From positions 2,340-66,339 of the forward strand of contig JACQIX010000038.1 of NCBI GenBank assembly GCA_016198275.1: 64,000 bases of DNA. Direction: 5' to 3'. The notes beneath the pieces were generated by a model. It saw nothing but the letters and a program-made list of their open reading frames with translations, was not told the origin of the DNA and did no database searches. How positions within the stretch are numbered: position 1 is the stretch's first letter; each line of letters starts with the position of its first letter. The position numbers and the translations under genes were made by a program. This document shows positions 44,662 through 53,548 of the stretch, piece by piece. The DNA is from Candidatus Daviesbacteria bacterium (GTDB lineage Bacteria; Patescibacteriota; Microgenomatia; Daviesbacterales; UBA10151).

Positions 44662-44778
44662 ATTTGTTCAAAGAATTGGGTACTTGACATAGAGCAGGGA
44701 AGGAATATTTCAATTAAAACTGCTTATAACATTGCCCATGCTTTAGGAAGAAAATTAAAGGATCTTTTTGATTTCTAA
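44662..44778 (+). pseudogene. XRE-family HTH gene remnant (C-terminal half only)
   Basis: ..LDIEQGRNISIKTAYNIAHALGRKLKDLFDF-stop resembles the C-terminus of the intact XRE at 51814..52038 (IYKIARALDVKVKDIFPF). It abuts the IS3 remnant. Confidence 0.45.
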
Positions 44779-44791
44779 TTTATAAAATATT

Positions 44792-45574
44792 TTAAGTGGT
44801 TTGTTCGCTAAAGACGATAAATTCTTTACCCAATATAGGACAAAGAGAAGAATAAGAATTATCTAAAGTCCACAGTGTACTTCTTCCCATCTGATCAACA
44901 GCAATTACAGCATCTCCAATAGATTTATTGATACTAGGTTTTTCAGAGTTTTTAGTTTCTTTCTGAACCTCTATTAGTCTAGTATGGATTTTTTTAAACC
45001 CTTTATTTTTTAAGTGATTAATACCCTCTTTAGTTAATTTATCTAAATCTTGTTTATGTTTATCCCAGAACCTTTTTAAAGGTATAGTTGGTCTTTCCAT
45101 ATACAACATTAGAAAACCTTCAAAGTCCTCTTTGGAATTTATTCGATACTTCACTATTGGATCGCCACCGAAATCTCCAGTTAGGCTTTTTATATTTGTA
45201 TCAAAATTATCAATTAACCAAATAATTTTTGCTTCTAACTCATCTAAAAAATTGTCTGATCGCTCACTTATCTCATTGCTAAGTTTTAAGATTAAAGAAG
45301 TGACTAATAAAATATTTTTTAATTCTCTAGGTTGAAATTTTTGTGACCATGCAGCATAAGCCCTACTAGGACTACCAGTAATCTTAACTAAATTGTAAAA
45401 ATCAATACAAGATTTTATCAGACTAATCTTAAACTCATATAAAACGAAGTAAGAGGAATAAAGAATTACGTTGCTTTTAGCAAAAGTAAGTGTATAAACC
45501 CAGTCAAAGAAAAATTTAGTTATTTGTACCGATGTTTCGAGGAGAATTTTATTAGGCAAGGATTTATTAGGCAT
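44792..45574 (-). CDS. Hypothetical 260-aa protein, possibly a PIN-like nuclease (weak)
   Basis: It is the third gene of a tight operon. KILLETSVQI near the N-terminus and IGDAVIAVDQ..LWTLD near the C-terminus resemble the first and last PIN acidic motifs. Confidence 0.6.
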   Translation of the reverse strand: MPNKSLPNKILLETSVQITKFFFDWVYTLTFAKSNVILYSSYFVLYEFKISLIKSCIDFYNLVKITGSPSRAYAAWSQKFQPRELKNILLVTSLILKLSNEISERSDNFLDELEAKIIWLIDNFDTNIKSLTGDFGGDPIVKYRINSKEDFEGFLMLYMERPTIPLKRFWDKHKQDLDKLTKEGINHLKNKGFKKIHTRLIEVQKETKNSEKPSINKSIGDAVIAVDQMGRSTLWTLDNSYSSLCPILGKEFIVFSEQTT

Positions 45575-46219
45575 TTATTTGGCTCTTTTTATAGGAGTTA
45601 ATCCTAATCTATATGCTTGTTTAGTGAAGATTTTTACATCACTCAATTTAAATTTCCCTTCATTAAATCTTTTCAACTCTTCATGCAAAGCCTTAACTCT
45701 TCCTAAAGGTATTTCACTCCAAATACTATGATCAAAAATTAACATTAATGTATTTGCTACAACTCTACTGTTTGGGTCAGAAGCGAAGAAGGAATAATTG
45801 CTTGTAAGACTCTCTTTTATACTAGCAATAAAGACTAATGAATCGCTAGTACCAAATTCTACCCATTTTTCAAAGTCAGCAATGACTTTATTTAGAGTTT
45901 CCTTAAGTTTTAGAGTTTGGTAAGGAGAAGAGGGGGTTGACTCTTCTTGTGAAATTAGCATCCTTTCGCTTTCCAAGTCTTTAGTCTGATCTTTACTCGA
46001 CATTATTGGATTCTTAAACTCTACTGGCTTTGTTTCATCTTCAAATGAGAAACGTGGTTCTTGAGGTATGGACTTTCGTAATTCTGTTCCATCAAAATCA
46101 CCCATTAATGAATCAGTTTTATCTTTTTTGAAGGTTGACCTATCTTCTTGATGAGAAGTTCTTAAAAATGGATTAGAAATATTTGTTGCCCAACTATTGG
46201 CGGTAAAAGGTTGCAGCAT
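45575..46219 (-). CDS. Hypothetical 214-aa protein (disordered N-terminal half, helical C-terminal half)
   Basis: It is the middle gene. Its stop abuts the next ATG with a 0-nt gap. Confidence 0.6.
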   Translation of the reverse strand: MLQPFTANSWATNISNPFLRTSHQEDRSTFKKDKTDSLMGDFDGTELRKSIPQEPRFSFEDETKPVEFKNPIMSSKDQTKDLESERMLISQEESTPSSPYQTLKLKETLNKVIADFEKWVEFGTSDSLVFIASIKESLTSNYSFFASDPNSRVVANTLMLIFDHSIWSEIPLGRVKALHEELKRFNEGKFKLSDVKIFTKQAYRLGLTPIKRAK

Positions 46220-46223
46220 ACTG

Positions 46224-46940
46224 TTATTTAAATATATAACTATTATATTCTTTTAAGAGTTTAGTCACTTCCTTATGGGCAGTGGTTAATTTATCTTCTA
46301 CATTCGTAGCAGTTAGATTCTCTACTTCAAAAACGTCTATATCAACATATAAGTTCGCATCAGTCAATTTATCAACATTGTCCTCTTCGGAAAAATTTGC
46401 TTGAAAACGTTTTATTGCCTGTTGTTTATTCACTGGTCCTATTTGTACACGACTCTTTAACCCGTTCTGTTGTTCTGAAACAAGTACAAAAACCGCATCT
46501 TTAATGCTCTCACCTACCAATACTTTTAGCTTCTTATCCTGATTATAGAATTTGTTAAATATAATATCTTTTAACTCATTAAGTTTAAGATTTGTTGACC
46601 ATACTTCGGTAGCCCTAACTCCGATCCTCCCTACTTTTTTCAAGTTGGCTAATTTATTAAGAGATTTAAAAGCCTTTTTTACAATGGTATCAAGTTCTGT
46701 AAAATCCTTCTTGCTCTCATTTAAATAGGTAATTTTATCAGAAGCTATTTGTAAGAACTTTTTCTCCGATGGTGTGTATAACGTTACATCATCACTTTTT
46801 TCTGCAAGCCATTCTTCAAATTTATTTTCGTACTCAGAAGCAGCTTTTGAAGCTATATCAAAAGAAATTAAGTTGGGCCTAAATCTTATTTGCCCAATGA
46901 GTCTTATTAGTACATTATCAACATCTAACATAGTGGTCAT
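46224..46940 (-). CDS. Hypothetical 238-aa protein, TIGR04255-like (recalled resemblance only)
   Basis: It is the first gene of the operon. The N-terminal LIRLIGQIRFRPNL resembles the conserved N-terminus I recall for that family. Confidence 0.6.
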   Translation of the reverse strand: MTTMLDVDNVLIRLIGQIRFRPNLISFDIASKAASEYENKFEEWLAEKSDDVTLYTPSEKKFLQIASDKITYLNESKKDFTELDTIVKKAFKSLNKLANLKKVGRIGVRATEVWSTNLKLNELKDIIFNKFYNQDKKLKVLVGESIKDAVFVLVSEQQNGLKSRVQIGPVNKQQAIKRFQANFSEEDNVDKLTDANLYVDIDVFEVENLTATNVEDKLTTAHKEVTKLLKEYNSYIFK

Positions 46941-47255
46941 TTAAACGAACAGGTTGCGATTATTTTATCAAATTTACATAATAAAAACACCTTTGTGCAT
47001 TAATTTAGTGTAGTAATTTTATATATACTATATTTTAATACTAGATATTAGGTGGAGTTTAAGTTGGATAGTTTATTATAAAGACTTACTACTACCGCCT
47101 CATTCATCAAAAATGAGGCTAAGTTCGAGTAAGAACTATCTAGCTCCCCAATGTTAGCGCACTTAGAAGTTATTTTCTAGAGACGGAGGAAGACTTTGAG
47201 CCCATTTTTATTTAATGGTGACAAAACTTACAAAAATGGTATACGATAAATAACA

Positions 47256-47858
47256 ATGCTAAGTAATTTAAACTGCCTAAAATCTAACGATAGCATAATC
47301 AGAATCGCGCTCATGGAGATACTTAGCAAAGACCATGAAGGCGATCCCGATACAAAAATCATCCCAGAACTCGGTTTAAAACATGGTGAAACTAGGGTGG
47401 ATATTGCAGTAGTTAATGGAGTCATTCATGGTTATGAGCTTAAAAGTGATCTTGATACTCTAATCCGTCTCCCGAATCAGATGAGAATTTATAATTCTGT
47501 TCTTGACCAAGTTACTTTAGTGGTGAGTAAAGATCATCTCCATGAAGCTATTAAGCTCATACCAGATTGGTGGGGAATTATCGTTGCTAAAATGGTCGGG
47601 TCAACTGGAAATATTAAATTCTGCCACATACGTAAACCTGAGGAAAATCACTTTAAAGATAGCTTATCAATTGCTAAGCTTTTATGGAGAGAAGAAGCTC
47701 TAAGTATCCTGGAAAAGTTAAATAAAGCAAATGGGGTGCGTTCCAAATCTAGGCAAATAATCTATGAGAGATTGGCAGCAAATTTAAATCAGGAAATCTT
47801 AGGAAATGAAGTTAGAAAGTGTTTAAAAACTAGGGTAAATTGGAGACCTGTGATATGA
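47256..47858 (+). CDS. PD-(D/E)xK-like protein (resembles the 'sce7726 family')
   Basis: IIPELGLKHGETRVDIAVVNGVIHGYELKSDLDTLIRLPNQ contains a D...ExK arrangement (VDIAVV...YELKS). Its 3' end overlaps the convergent gene by 29 nt. Confidence 0.65.
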   Translation: MLSNLNCLKSNDSIIRIALMEILSKDHEGDPDTKIIPELGLKHGETRVDIAVVNGVIHGYELKSDLDTLIRLPNQMRIYNSVLDQVTLVVSKDHLHEAIKLIPDWWGIIVAKMVGSTGNIKFCHIRKPEENHFKDSLSIAKLLWREEALSILEKLNKANGVRSKSRQIIYERLAANLNQEILGNEVRKCLKTRVNWRPVI

Positions 47859-48933
47859 CACAAGCCAGATGATGATTGATTCCAGCCCTTAGCCAGGTTC
47901 TTGGATTTCCTGTCTCTTTTGTAGTAATATCACTACCGATCCTAGCTATATAAGCATCCCCAAAACTAAAACCTGCACCAAAAAACTCTTTCTGCTCTAA
48001 TAATAAATGAGCCTGAGCGGGATATTGTGCATGGCCTGCACTATTCTCTCCTCTTAAACCCTGGCCCCTCATTATCATCCACTTATCTGGCAAAGTGTAT
48101 CTTATACTTGCACTTGGATTAGATCCTGGAGATGGTTCCAAATAGATAGGATGTTGAATAGTATAGTCACCAAAAGCTGGTTTCCGTAGAAGATCTCCTG
48201 AGTTGATTTGTTCTAACCAGCAGTTCCAATCTGAACGTTCTTTAAAATGCATGTCTACAGTAAATTCCATTAAGTCTTTCGGGAATGTTCCGCTTATAAC
48301 TGTAAAAGTTCTCCAATCAGAAATACTCGGAATTTGTTTTATAAAATCTTTTATCTCTAGACATTTACTGTCTGTTATTTGAAAATCAATTATTAAATCC
48401 ACCTGGTTTGCTAATAATCCCTGGTTTGTGAGAAAACTCTTAACATCATCCCCCAAAGAAGGTTTAAAATCACTTCTAAATAATCGTAGACATATGCCTT
48501 GTTTACTTTTTTGAGCATGTAATGTTGCAACTTTCTTAAGATCATTATCAGATGCTAAGGTAACCACAGGGATTAAATACAGTCCCATATCAATTCCTGT
48601 TGAGAGAATATCTTCCAAACCATTAACTCTAAGAGAGAAATCAATTAGACTTAAGTCTATAAAGATTGGGGCCGTACCCCAAAACTTCAAAATCTCCTCT
48701 GGTATTCCTGGAATTTTACTCTTAAGTTTTTCTATAGATTCATTAAGAAGCTCTTCATGAGTCTTTATAATTTTCACCTCTCCTTCTCCAGTTCTGAATG
48801 CCACGGGTTGGGGCATTATTAATTCAATCAATGGAGTTAGGTACTTCTTTTCTTTATCACTTAACTTTTCCAGCGCCTCTTTCTCAGCAGCTTTCCACCT
48901 TAAAACTGATACATAATGCTTATAATCAAACAT
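47830..48933 (-). CDS. 'Beta protein' family-like protein (resembles the 'sce7725 family')
   Basis: The N-terminus YKHYVSVLRWKAAEKEALEKLSDKEKKYLTPLIELIMPQ matches the YVPxLKxKxGExxAL..PLxE pattern I recall for that family. It is the last gene of the higB operon. Confidence 0.6.
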   Translation of the reverse strand: MFDYKHYVSVLRWKAAEKEALEKLSDKEKKYLTPLIELIMPQPVAFRTGEGEVKIIKTHEELLNESIEKLKSKIPGIPEEILKFWGTAPIFIDLSLIDFSLRVNGLEDILSTGIDMGLYLIPVVTLASDNDLKKVATLHAQKSKQGICLRLFRSDFKPSLGDDVKSFLTNQGLLANQVDLIIDFQITDSKCLEIKDFIKQIPSISDWRTFTVISGTFPKDLMEFTVDMHFKERSDWNCWLEQINSGDLLRKPAFGDYTIQHPIYLEPSPGSNPSASIRYTLPDKWMIMRGQGLRGENSAGHAQYPAQAHLLLEQKEFFGAGFSFGDAYIARIGSDITTKETGNPRTWLRAGINHHLACVISQVSNLP

Positions 48934-48934
48934 A

Positions 48935-50122
48935 TTACTTTTTCTCCTTTACTTCCTGGAAGAGTTTACCTACCTCCCCTTGTCCTAGAAGAGCAATTAA
49001 ATAGGGATATCTATCATTTTCACGCCTCATTCTTCCTGCTACAATCGCTGGGTGAATACCTAACTCTCGAGCTAAACTATGAGCAGCTATAGGGGACGGA
49101 ACTAACCTAGCTGGACTATTTACCCATTTATTCTCTGGAATCAAAGCTTCTCTAGCCTCTTTATCAGCAGCTTCCTCTTCATCGCTGGTAGCATCTTTAT
49201 CATCTAAGTCATCATAAAATAAATCTACAGGATTATTGGAATGTAACTCCATATGAGCTAACTCGTGCATTAAAGTAAACCAAAAATTATCCAATCTGTC
49301 ATACCTAATAGTTAAGCCAATAATTGGACGGTCCTTATTAGTCATAATTGTTACAGCATCTAAATAGGTATTTTGAAAGTGAGGTACTACCACTAAACCG
49401 ATTCCATGTTCTTTCAGAAACTCACAGGCTTGTAAAGGACCTTTAGGATCTAAACTTAATTTAGCTACTTCACGCATAAAGCCTAGATTAACCGAACCCT
49501 TTTTGAATTTAGTAGGATATTCAATCTTATTGGCTTTTTTAACAACAGAGGCTAGCCAAATAGTAAGAGAATATTTATTAACTGGCTTTTTAGAACGATA
49601 ATAAGTTTTGCGTAACATACCTACAAAAGAATCAGGAGCCCCAACTGGACGAAAGAATTCTTCAATAAGTTCTTTAGCACTATAACTTTTTAAATTTTTA
49701 TCCCCGAAATAACCTCTTTTTTCCATCTCCTTTATGGGGTAATTACTCCACTCATCTGGTTTATTCAATAAGACTTTTGCTGGAATATTTAAACCAGACT
49801 CAAGATTTCTTATCATCTCGACGGTTAATGATCTTTTACGAGATAAGACTTCAGATACTCTGCTACTACTTCCAAGATAGGGAACTAAGTCAACAGGTTT
49901 TAGATTCTGTTGTTCCATACGGAACAATATTGCATCAACAGGATCAGGAAGGGATTCAGGAAATGCATTAGATTCATAATCTTTTATTAAAGTAGCAAGA
50001 AGATCTAATTGTTGACCTTCATCAGAGTCTGGATCAGGATCTTTGCTCATTAATTCCTCTACCCAACCAAGGGCTTCTCTGTAATCATCTTCTGTTTTAA
50101 TTGGTCTAATTTTTATATCCAT
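48935..50122 (-). CDS. HigA-like HTH antitoxin fused to an ImmA/IrrE-type zinc metalloprotease domain
   Basis: The N-terminus PIKTEDDYREALGWVEELMSK..LDLLATLIKDYE is HigA-type. The HTH reads LGSSSRVSEVLSRKRSLTVEMIRNLE, and the C-terminal region carries HEXXH (LMHELAHMELH). Confidence 0.7.
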   Translation of the reverse strand: MDIKIRPIKTEDDYREALGWVEELMSKDPDPDSDEGQQLDLLATLIKDYESNAFPESLPDPVDAILFRMEQQNLKPVDLVPYLGSSSRVSEVLSRKRSLTVEMIRNLESGLNIPAKVLLNKPDEWSNYPIKEMEKRGYFGDKNLKSYSAKELIEEFFRPVGAPDSFVGMLRKTYYRSKKPVNKYSLTIWLASVVKKANKIEYPTKFKKGSVNLGFMREVAKLSLDPKGPLQACEFLKEHGIGLVVVPHFQNTYLDAVTIMTNKDRPIIGLTIRYDRLDNFWFTLMHELAHMELHSNNPVDLFYDDLDDKDATSDEEEAADKEAREALIPENKWVNSPARLVPSPIAAHSLARELGIHPAIVAGRMRRENDRYPYLIALLGQGEVGKLFQEVKEKK

Positions 50123-50132
50123 ATATTCCTTT

Positions 50133-50417
50133 CTATTTAATAACCCATTTCATGTATTGACTGTGGGTTCCAACTTCTTTTATCAACACAATTCCATTTT
50201 TATAATTTACTTTTATCCAAAGACGGTAGTTATTCCCTTTTATATTAAAGACAATATTCCCATCTATAATACTTGCGCTGGCATACCGCTGCTTAACATC
50301 CATTGGACTGCTCCATTCTGCTTCTTCCACCTCTGCCAACCAGGAGTTAACCTGTGCACTAGCATCTGAATGCTTAGCTTTAAATTCATCAAGTACTCCT
50401 TTGCCAATAACTTTCAT
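50133..50417 (-). CDS. higB: HigB-family (RelE-like) toxin
   Basis: VFNIKGNNYRLWIKVNYKNGIVLIKEVGTHSQY is the characteristic HigB_toxin C-terminal pattern. Confidence 0.8.
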   Translation of the reverse strand: MKVIGKGVLDEFKAKHSDASAQVNSWLAEVEEAEWSSPMDVKQRYASASIIDGNIVFNIKGNNYRLWIKVNYKNGIVLIKEVGTHSQYMKWVIK

Positions 50418-50555
50418 TTTTTAATGATGTTAGTGATACCCTATAAATCATTACCATCTTGGGAAGATTGTACAGGGTATATCTTTATTTGTCAAGTTTT
50501 GATTTAAGATCCCCTACCTTGAGAAAAAATTATCCCAAGGTTGTAAAATAAAGTT

Positions 50556-50936
50556 ATGGAACCAACCCATCTACTTCAATCAAGAAACCTTACCTTAAAA
50601 CAAAGACTCTGGCTTAAGTATTATATTGAAACAGGTAACGCCACTGAAGCAGCTCGACAGGCTGGGTATAACTGCCAAAATGAAGAGAATTACAGGTATA
50701 TTGGCTATCAGAACTACACCAAGCTCCACATTCCTGAGCTTCTAGAGGAAATGGGTCTCACTAAAGTTGTTTTACTAAAAGTCTTAGCAACAGGAATTAC
50801 AAAACCAGTTAAGTATCTGACAAAGCTTGTAACACATGGTAAGGATACTCAGTCAATTGAACATATTGAGGTTCCTGATTACGAGACAAGACATAAATAT
50901 TTAGCTCTGGCTCTTAAGATGCAAGGAATGTTATAA
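50556..50936 (+). CDS. Terminase small subunit-like HTH protein
   Basis: LTLKQRLWLKYYIETGNATEAARQAGY is the typical N-terminal pattern of phage small terminase. Confidence 0.55.
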   Translation: MEPTHLLQSRNLTLKQRLWLKYYIETGNATEAARQAGYNCQNEENYRYIGYQNYTKLHIPELLEEMGLTKVVLLKVLATGITKPVKYLTKLVTHGKDTQSIEHIEVPDYETRHKYLALALKMQGML

Positions 50937-50946
50937 ATTATAGGAA

Positions 50947-51705
50947 TTAGCTACATTGCTTTTGATAGAAAGGATTAGCATAAACCATATCCCTTATTTT
51001 CTTTATGTATACATCTAGAAAACAGTTCTTATCCGAACCACATTGATTGGTTGCATAATCCGATACTTGGTTAAAACTACTAACAAGTTGTAATTGAGGA
51101 TGTAAATTAGGTTCATTATCTATTCTATAGATTAAAGACCTTAACTCCTCGTCATTTAATTGGGAAATAAATAAAGACTGACTTAGGAACGCTTCTGCCT
51201 CCTTATCCATACAGGATAAATCATTTTCTCCGTTTAATGCTCTAATAAATTGATATGCGTGTGTGATTTCATGCTTCAGCAAGAGTGCAGTTATTAAATC
51301 ATCTGTTTCTTTATAACTATTATCTACATAGACAGGTAAGTAGTTTGCATTTGCTTCTTTATCACCAAATATAAAATATCCTTCAGCACCAATTGTGTTC
51401 TTAACGTCAGTATACTTAACTACAACACAGGGTGTTAAGTTGGTCAAATTAGCTGTTATATTATTCTTTCGGATGTACTCAGTACCTCTTTGATTAATTA
51501 GACTTAATGCTCTATCAAATTCAGGAGGGTTGTCATACCTTTCAGTTCTTGTACATTTATATTTTGAATCGGCTAAGCTACCATTTGGTATCTCAATTTT
51601 TTTATAAGTATGGCTGTAATTACTGGTTACCCAACCTACCAAAAAAATTACCACTATTCCAATAAATATACCTACTACAGTTAGCGCCTTACCTGGCTTC
51701 TTCAT
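50947..51705 (-). CDS. Membrane-anchored protein with an HExxH motif, hypothetical metalloprotease
   Basis: It has an N-terminal TM segment and LLKHEITHAYQF. Confidence 0.5.
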   Translation of the reverse strand: MKKPGKALTVVGIFIGIVVIFLVGWVTSNYSHTYKKIEIPNGSLADSKYKCTRTERYDNPPEFDRALSLINQRGTEYIRKNNITANLTNLTPCVVVKYTDVKNTIGAEGYFIFGDKEANANYLPVYVDNSYKETDDLITALLLKHEITHAYQFIRALNGENDLSCMDKEAEAFLSQSLFISQLNDEELRSLIYRIDNEPNLHPQLQLVSSFNQVSDYATNQCGSDKNCFLDVYIKKIRDMVYANPFYQKQCS

Positions 51706-51813
51706 ACAATTTAAATCCTAACCTATTGGTTTATAAAAAACAATAATTATTGAAGCTAAATCTTAATATATGAGTTAGTTAATATTTCTATCCAAGATTG
51801 CTAGCGTTAAAGC

Positions 51814-52038
51814 ATGGCAACTAAGAAAGTAACTGAACAAGATTTTAAATTAGGAAGAAAAATCCATAAAATTCGAAAAGAAAAGGGGTTTACCCAAGAA
51901 AAATTAGCAGAGAAGATGGGGGTTTCTACCACTTGGATTGGTTATATTGAAACAGGATATAGAGTCCCAAATTTAAAAATGATTTATAAAATCGCACGAG
52001 CCTTAGATGTAAAAGTTAAAGATATATTCCCCTTCTGA
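51814..52038 (+). CDS. XRE-family HTH transcriptional regulator
   Basis: KIRKEKGFTQEKLAEKMGVSTTWIGYIETGYRVPNLKMIYKIARAL. Confidence 0.8.
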   Translation: MATKKVTEQDFKLGRKIHKIRKEKGFTQEKLAEKMGVSTTWIGYIETGYRVPNLKMIYKIARALDVKVKDIFPF

Positions 52039-52129
52039 AGCTAAATTTCCTTTATCAATAGGCTTTACCTATAAAAACCCTTCTAGAAAGTTACTCTAGA
52101 AATATAGGGTATTTTTAATCCCTAAATTT

Positions 52130-52408
52130 TTGACTATGAAGGATAAAGAAGTTTTCGAGACAAAGGATAAACAGCTTGTACCGTTTCTGCTAACACAGCA
52201 GGATATTAGCTTCATTGGTACTAAACTAATTGGTTCCCTACTGTACTTTCAATTCACCCCTTTAGATAAATGCCATCAGTTAATAGTTGATTTTGCCACT
52301 AGAAAAGCTCCACTAGTCCAACCAAAGGACATATTAGAAGCAGTTGAAACATTTAGGGATATGGTTTTTGAGATGAAGGAGAAAAACAGAGGATATGGCA
52401 AACCGTAG
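52130..52408 (+). CDS. Hypothetical 92-aa protein (DUF5659-like, weak)
   Basis: This small ORF sits in the phage-like module. LVPFLLTQQDISFIGTK..LYFQF resembles that family as I recall it. Confidence 0.45.
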   Translation: MTMKDKEVFETKDKQLVPFLLTQQDISFIGTKLIGSLLYFQFTPLDKCHQLIVDFATRKAPLVQPKDILEAVETFRDMVFEMKEKNRGYGKP

Positions 52409-53117
52409 AATGCTTCATAAGTCAATTTCAATTAATCTCCAGGTTAATTCTTTAAGTGAATTTGCACAGCTTATTTTTACTTGGACAATACCCCACTTAG
52501 ATGATTTTGGAAAGATTGAGGGTGAGACTGAAGTTATTAAAGCTTTAGTTAAACCTATGAGTGGTAGATCAATTGATGACTTTGAAGCTGCCCTTAACGA
52601 GATAGTTCAAGCTGGGCTAATAGAAAGATACATTGTTGATGGTAAAAAGATTATCTGCTTTCCCACTTTTGATAAGCATCAGACGGGGTTAACTAGGAGA
52701 ACCGAAAGTAGATATCCTGATAATCCTGCAAAACATTCAGAGAATTTCAATGAAAATCAAATAAGTTCTCCACTAACTGAACAGAACCTAACAGAAGATA
52801 AATTAAGAGAATCTAACCAAAAAAGAAGTAAAGAAGAAGTGAAGCGAAGCGAACGTAATACTGATTCTGGTAGGGATAAGGATGTAAATCCAGTTAGTTT
52901 TTTCCCATCCAATGACGGTGAAGAATTAGCTCTTACTACATGGAGAGAATTCGCTCCTGATAATCCAGAACTTTTTGGTTCTCTTTTTCTTAAAGCCTTA
53001 AGGCAAGGATTATCTGTTTTAGATTATAGAAAGATTGCCACTGACTCAGCGAGAACTAGTGATCCAATCTCGAGCTTTATCAAGAAAGTTGATGAATTTC
53101 TAAATCTTCCCTTCTAA
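52395..53117 (+). CDS. Phage-type replication-initiator-like protein (weak)
   Basis: The N-terminus RRMLHKSISINLQVNSLSEFAQLIFTWTIPHLDDFGKIEG parallels the RRMISKDI...DDDGF pattern of phage replication-associated proteins I recall. Confidence 0.45.
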   Translation: MANRRMLHKSISINLQVNSLSEFAQLIFTWTIPHLDDFGKIEGETEVIKALVKPMSGRSIDDFEAALNEIVQAGLIERYIVDGKKIICFPTFDKHQTGLTRRTESRYPDNPAKHSENFNENQISSPLTEQNLTEDKLRESNQKRSKEEVKRSERNTDSGRDKDVNPVSFFPSNDGEELALTTWREFAPDNPELFGSLFLKALRQGLSVLDYRKIATDSARTSDPISSFIKKVDEFLNLPF

Positions 53118-53121
53118 ATCT

Positions 53122-53349
53122 ATGTATATACTTACTTCGGCATCTGCTTTCAAACTCCAAAAGATTCTTAGTAAAAGATTAGGTCGAGAATTAGATGAGG
53201 AGGAACTAAACCAAGCCCACGAGGCTCTAATGGGATTTGCAGAAGCTCTAATGGATTTAGAGCCTTCAGAAAATAAACCTATTACTAATAACCACACTAT
53301 TAAGAAATCAAAACAATCTATTGAAAATAATAAATATGTTACTGTATAG
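53122..53349 (+). CDS. Hypothetical 75-aa protein
   Basis: The ORF lies in the phage-like module. No motif was recognised. Confidence 0.4.
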   Translation: MYILTSASAFKLQKILSKRLGRELDEEELNQAHEALMGFAEALMDLEPSENKPITNNHTIKKSKQSIENNKYVTV

Positions 53350-53368
53350 TGTTGATAGAGGTTCAAAT

Positions 53369-53548
53369 ATGAAAAAAGGGTTAGTAACTGTTAAAAAGGC
53401 AGCAGAAATAATGGGAGTTAGTGTTCAAACTGTTATTAGATGGGATAAAAAGGGGAAATTAAAAGCTACAAGGCACCCAATGAATAATTATCGTTTATAT
53501 AGATTAGTTGATCTTCAAACCATTGCAAAGAAAGTAGGAGAAGAATGA
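53369..53548 (+). CDS. Excisionase/MerR-type HTH DNA-binding protein
   Basis: VTVKKAAEIMGVSVQTVIRWDKKGKLKATR is the motif. Its stop overlaps the recombinase start by 4 nt. Confidence 0.65.
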   Translation: MKKGLVTVKKAAEIMGVSVQTVIRWDKKGKLKATRHPMNNYRLYRLVDLQTIAKKVGEE

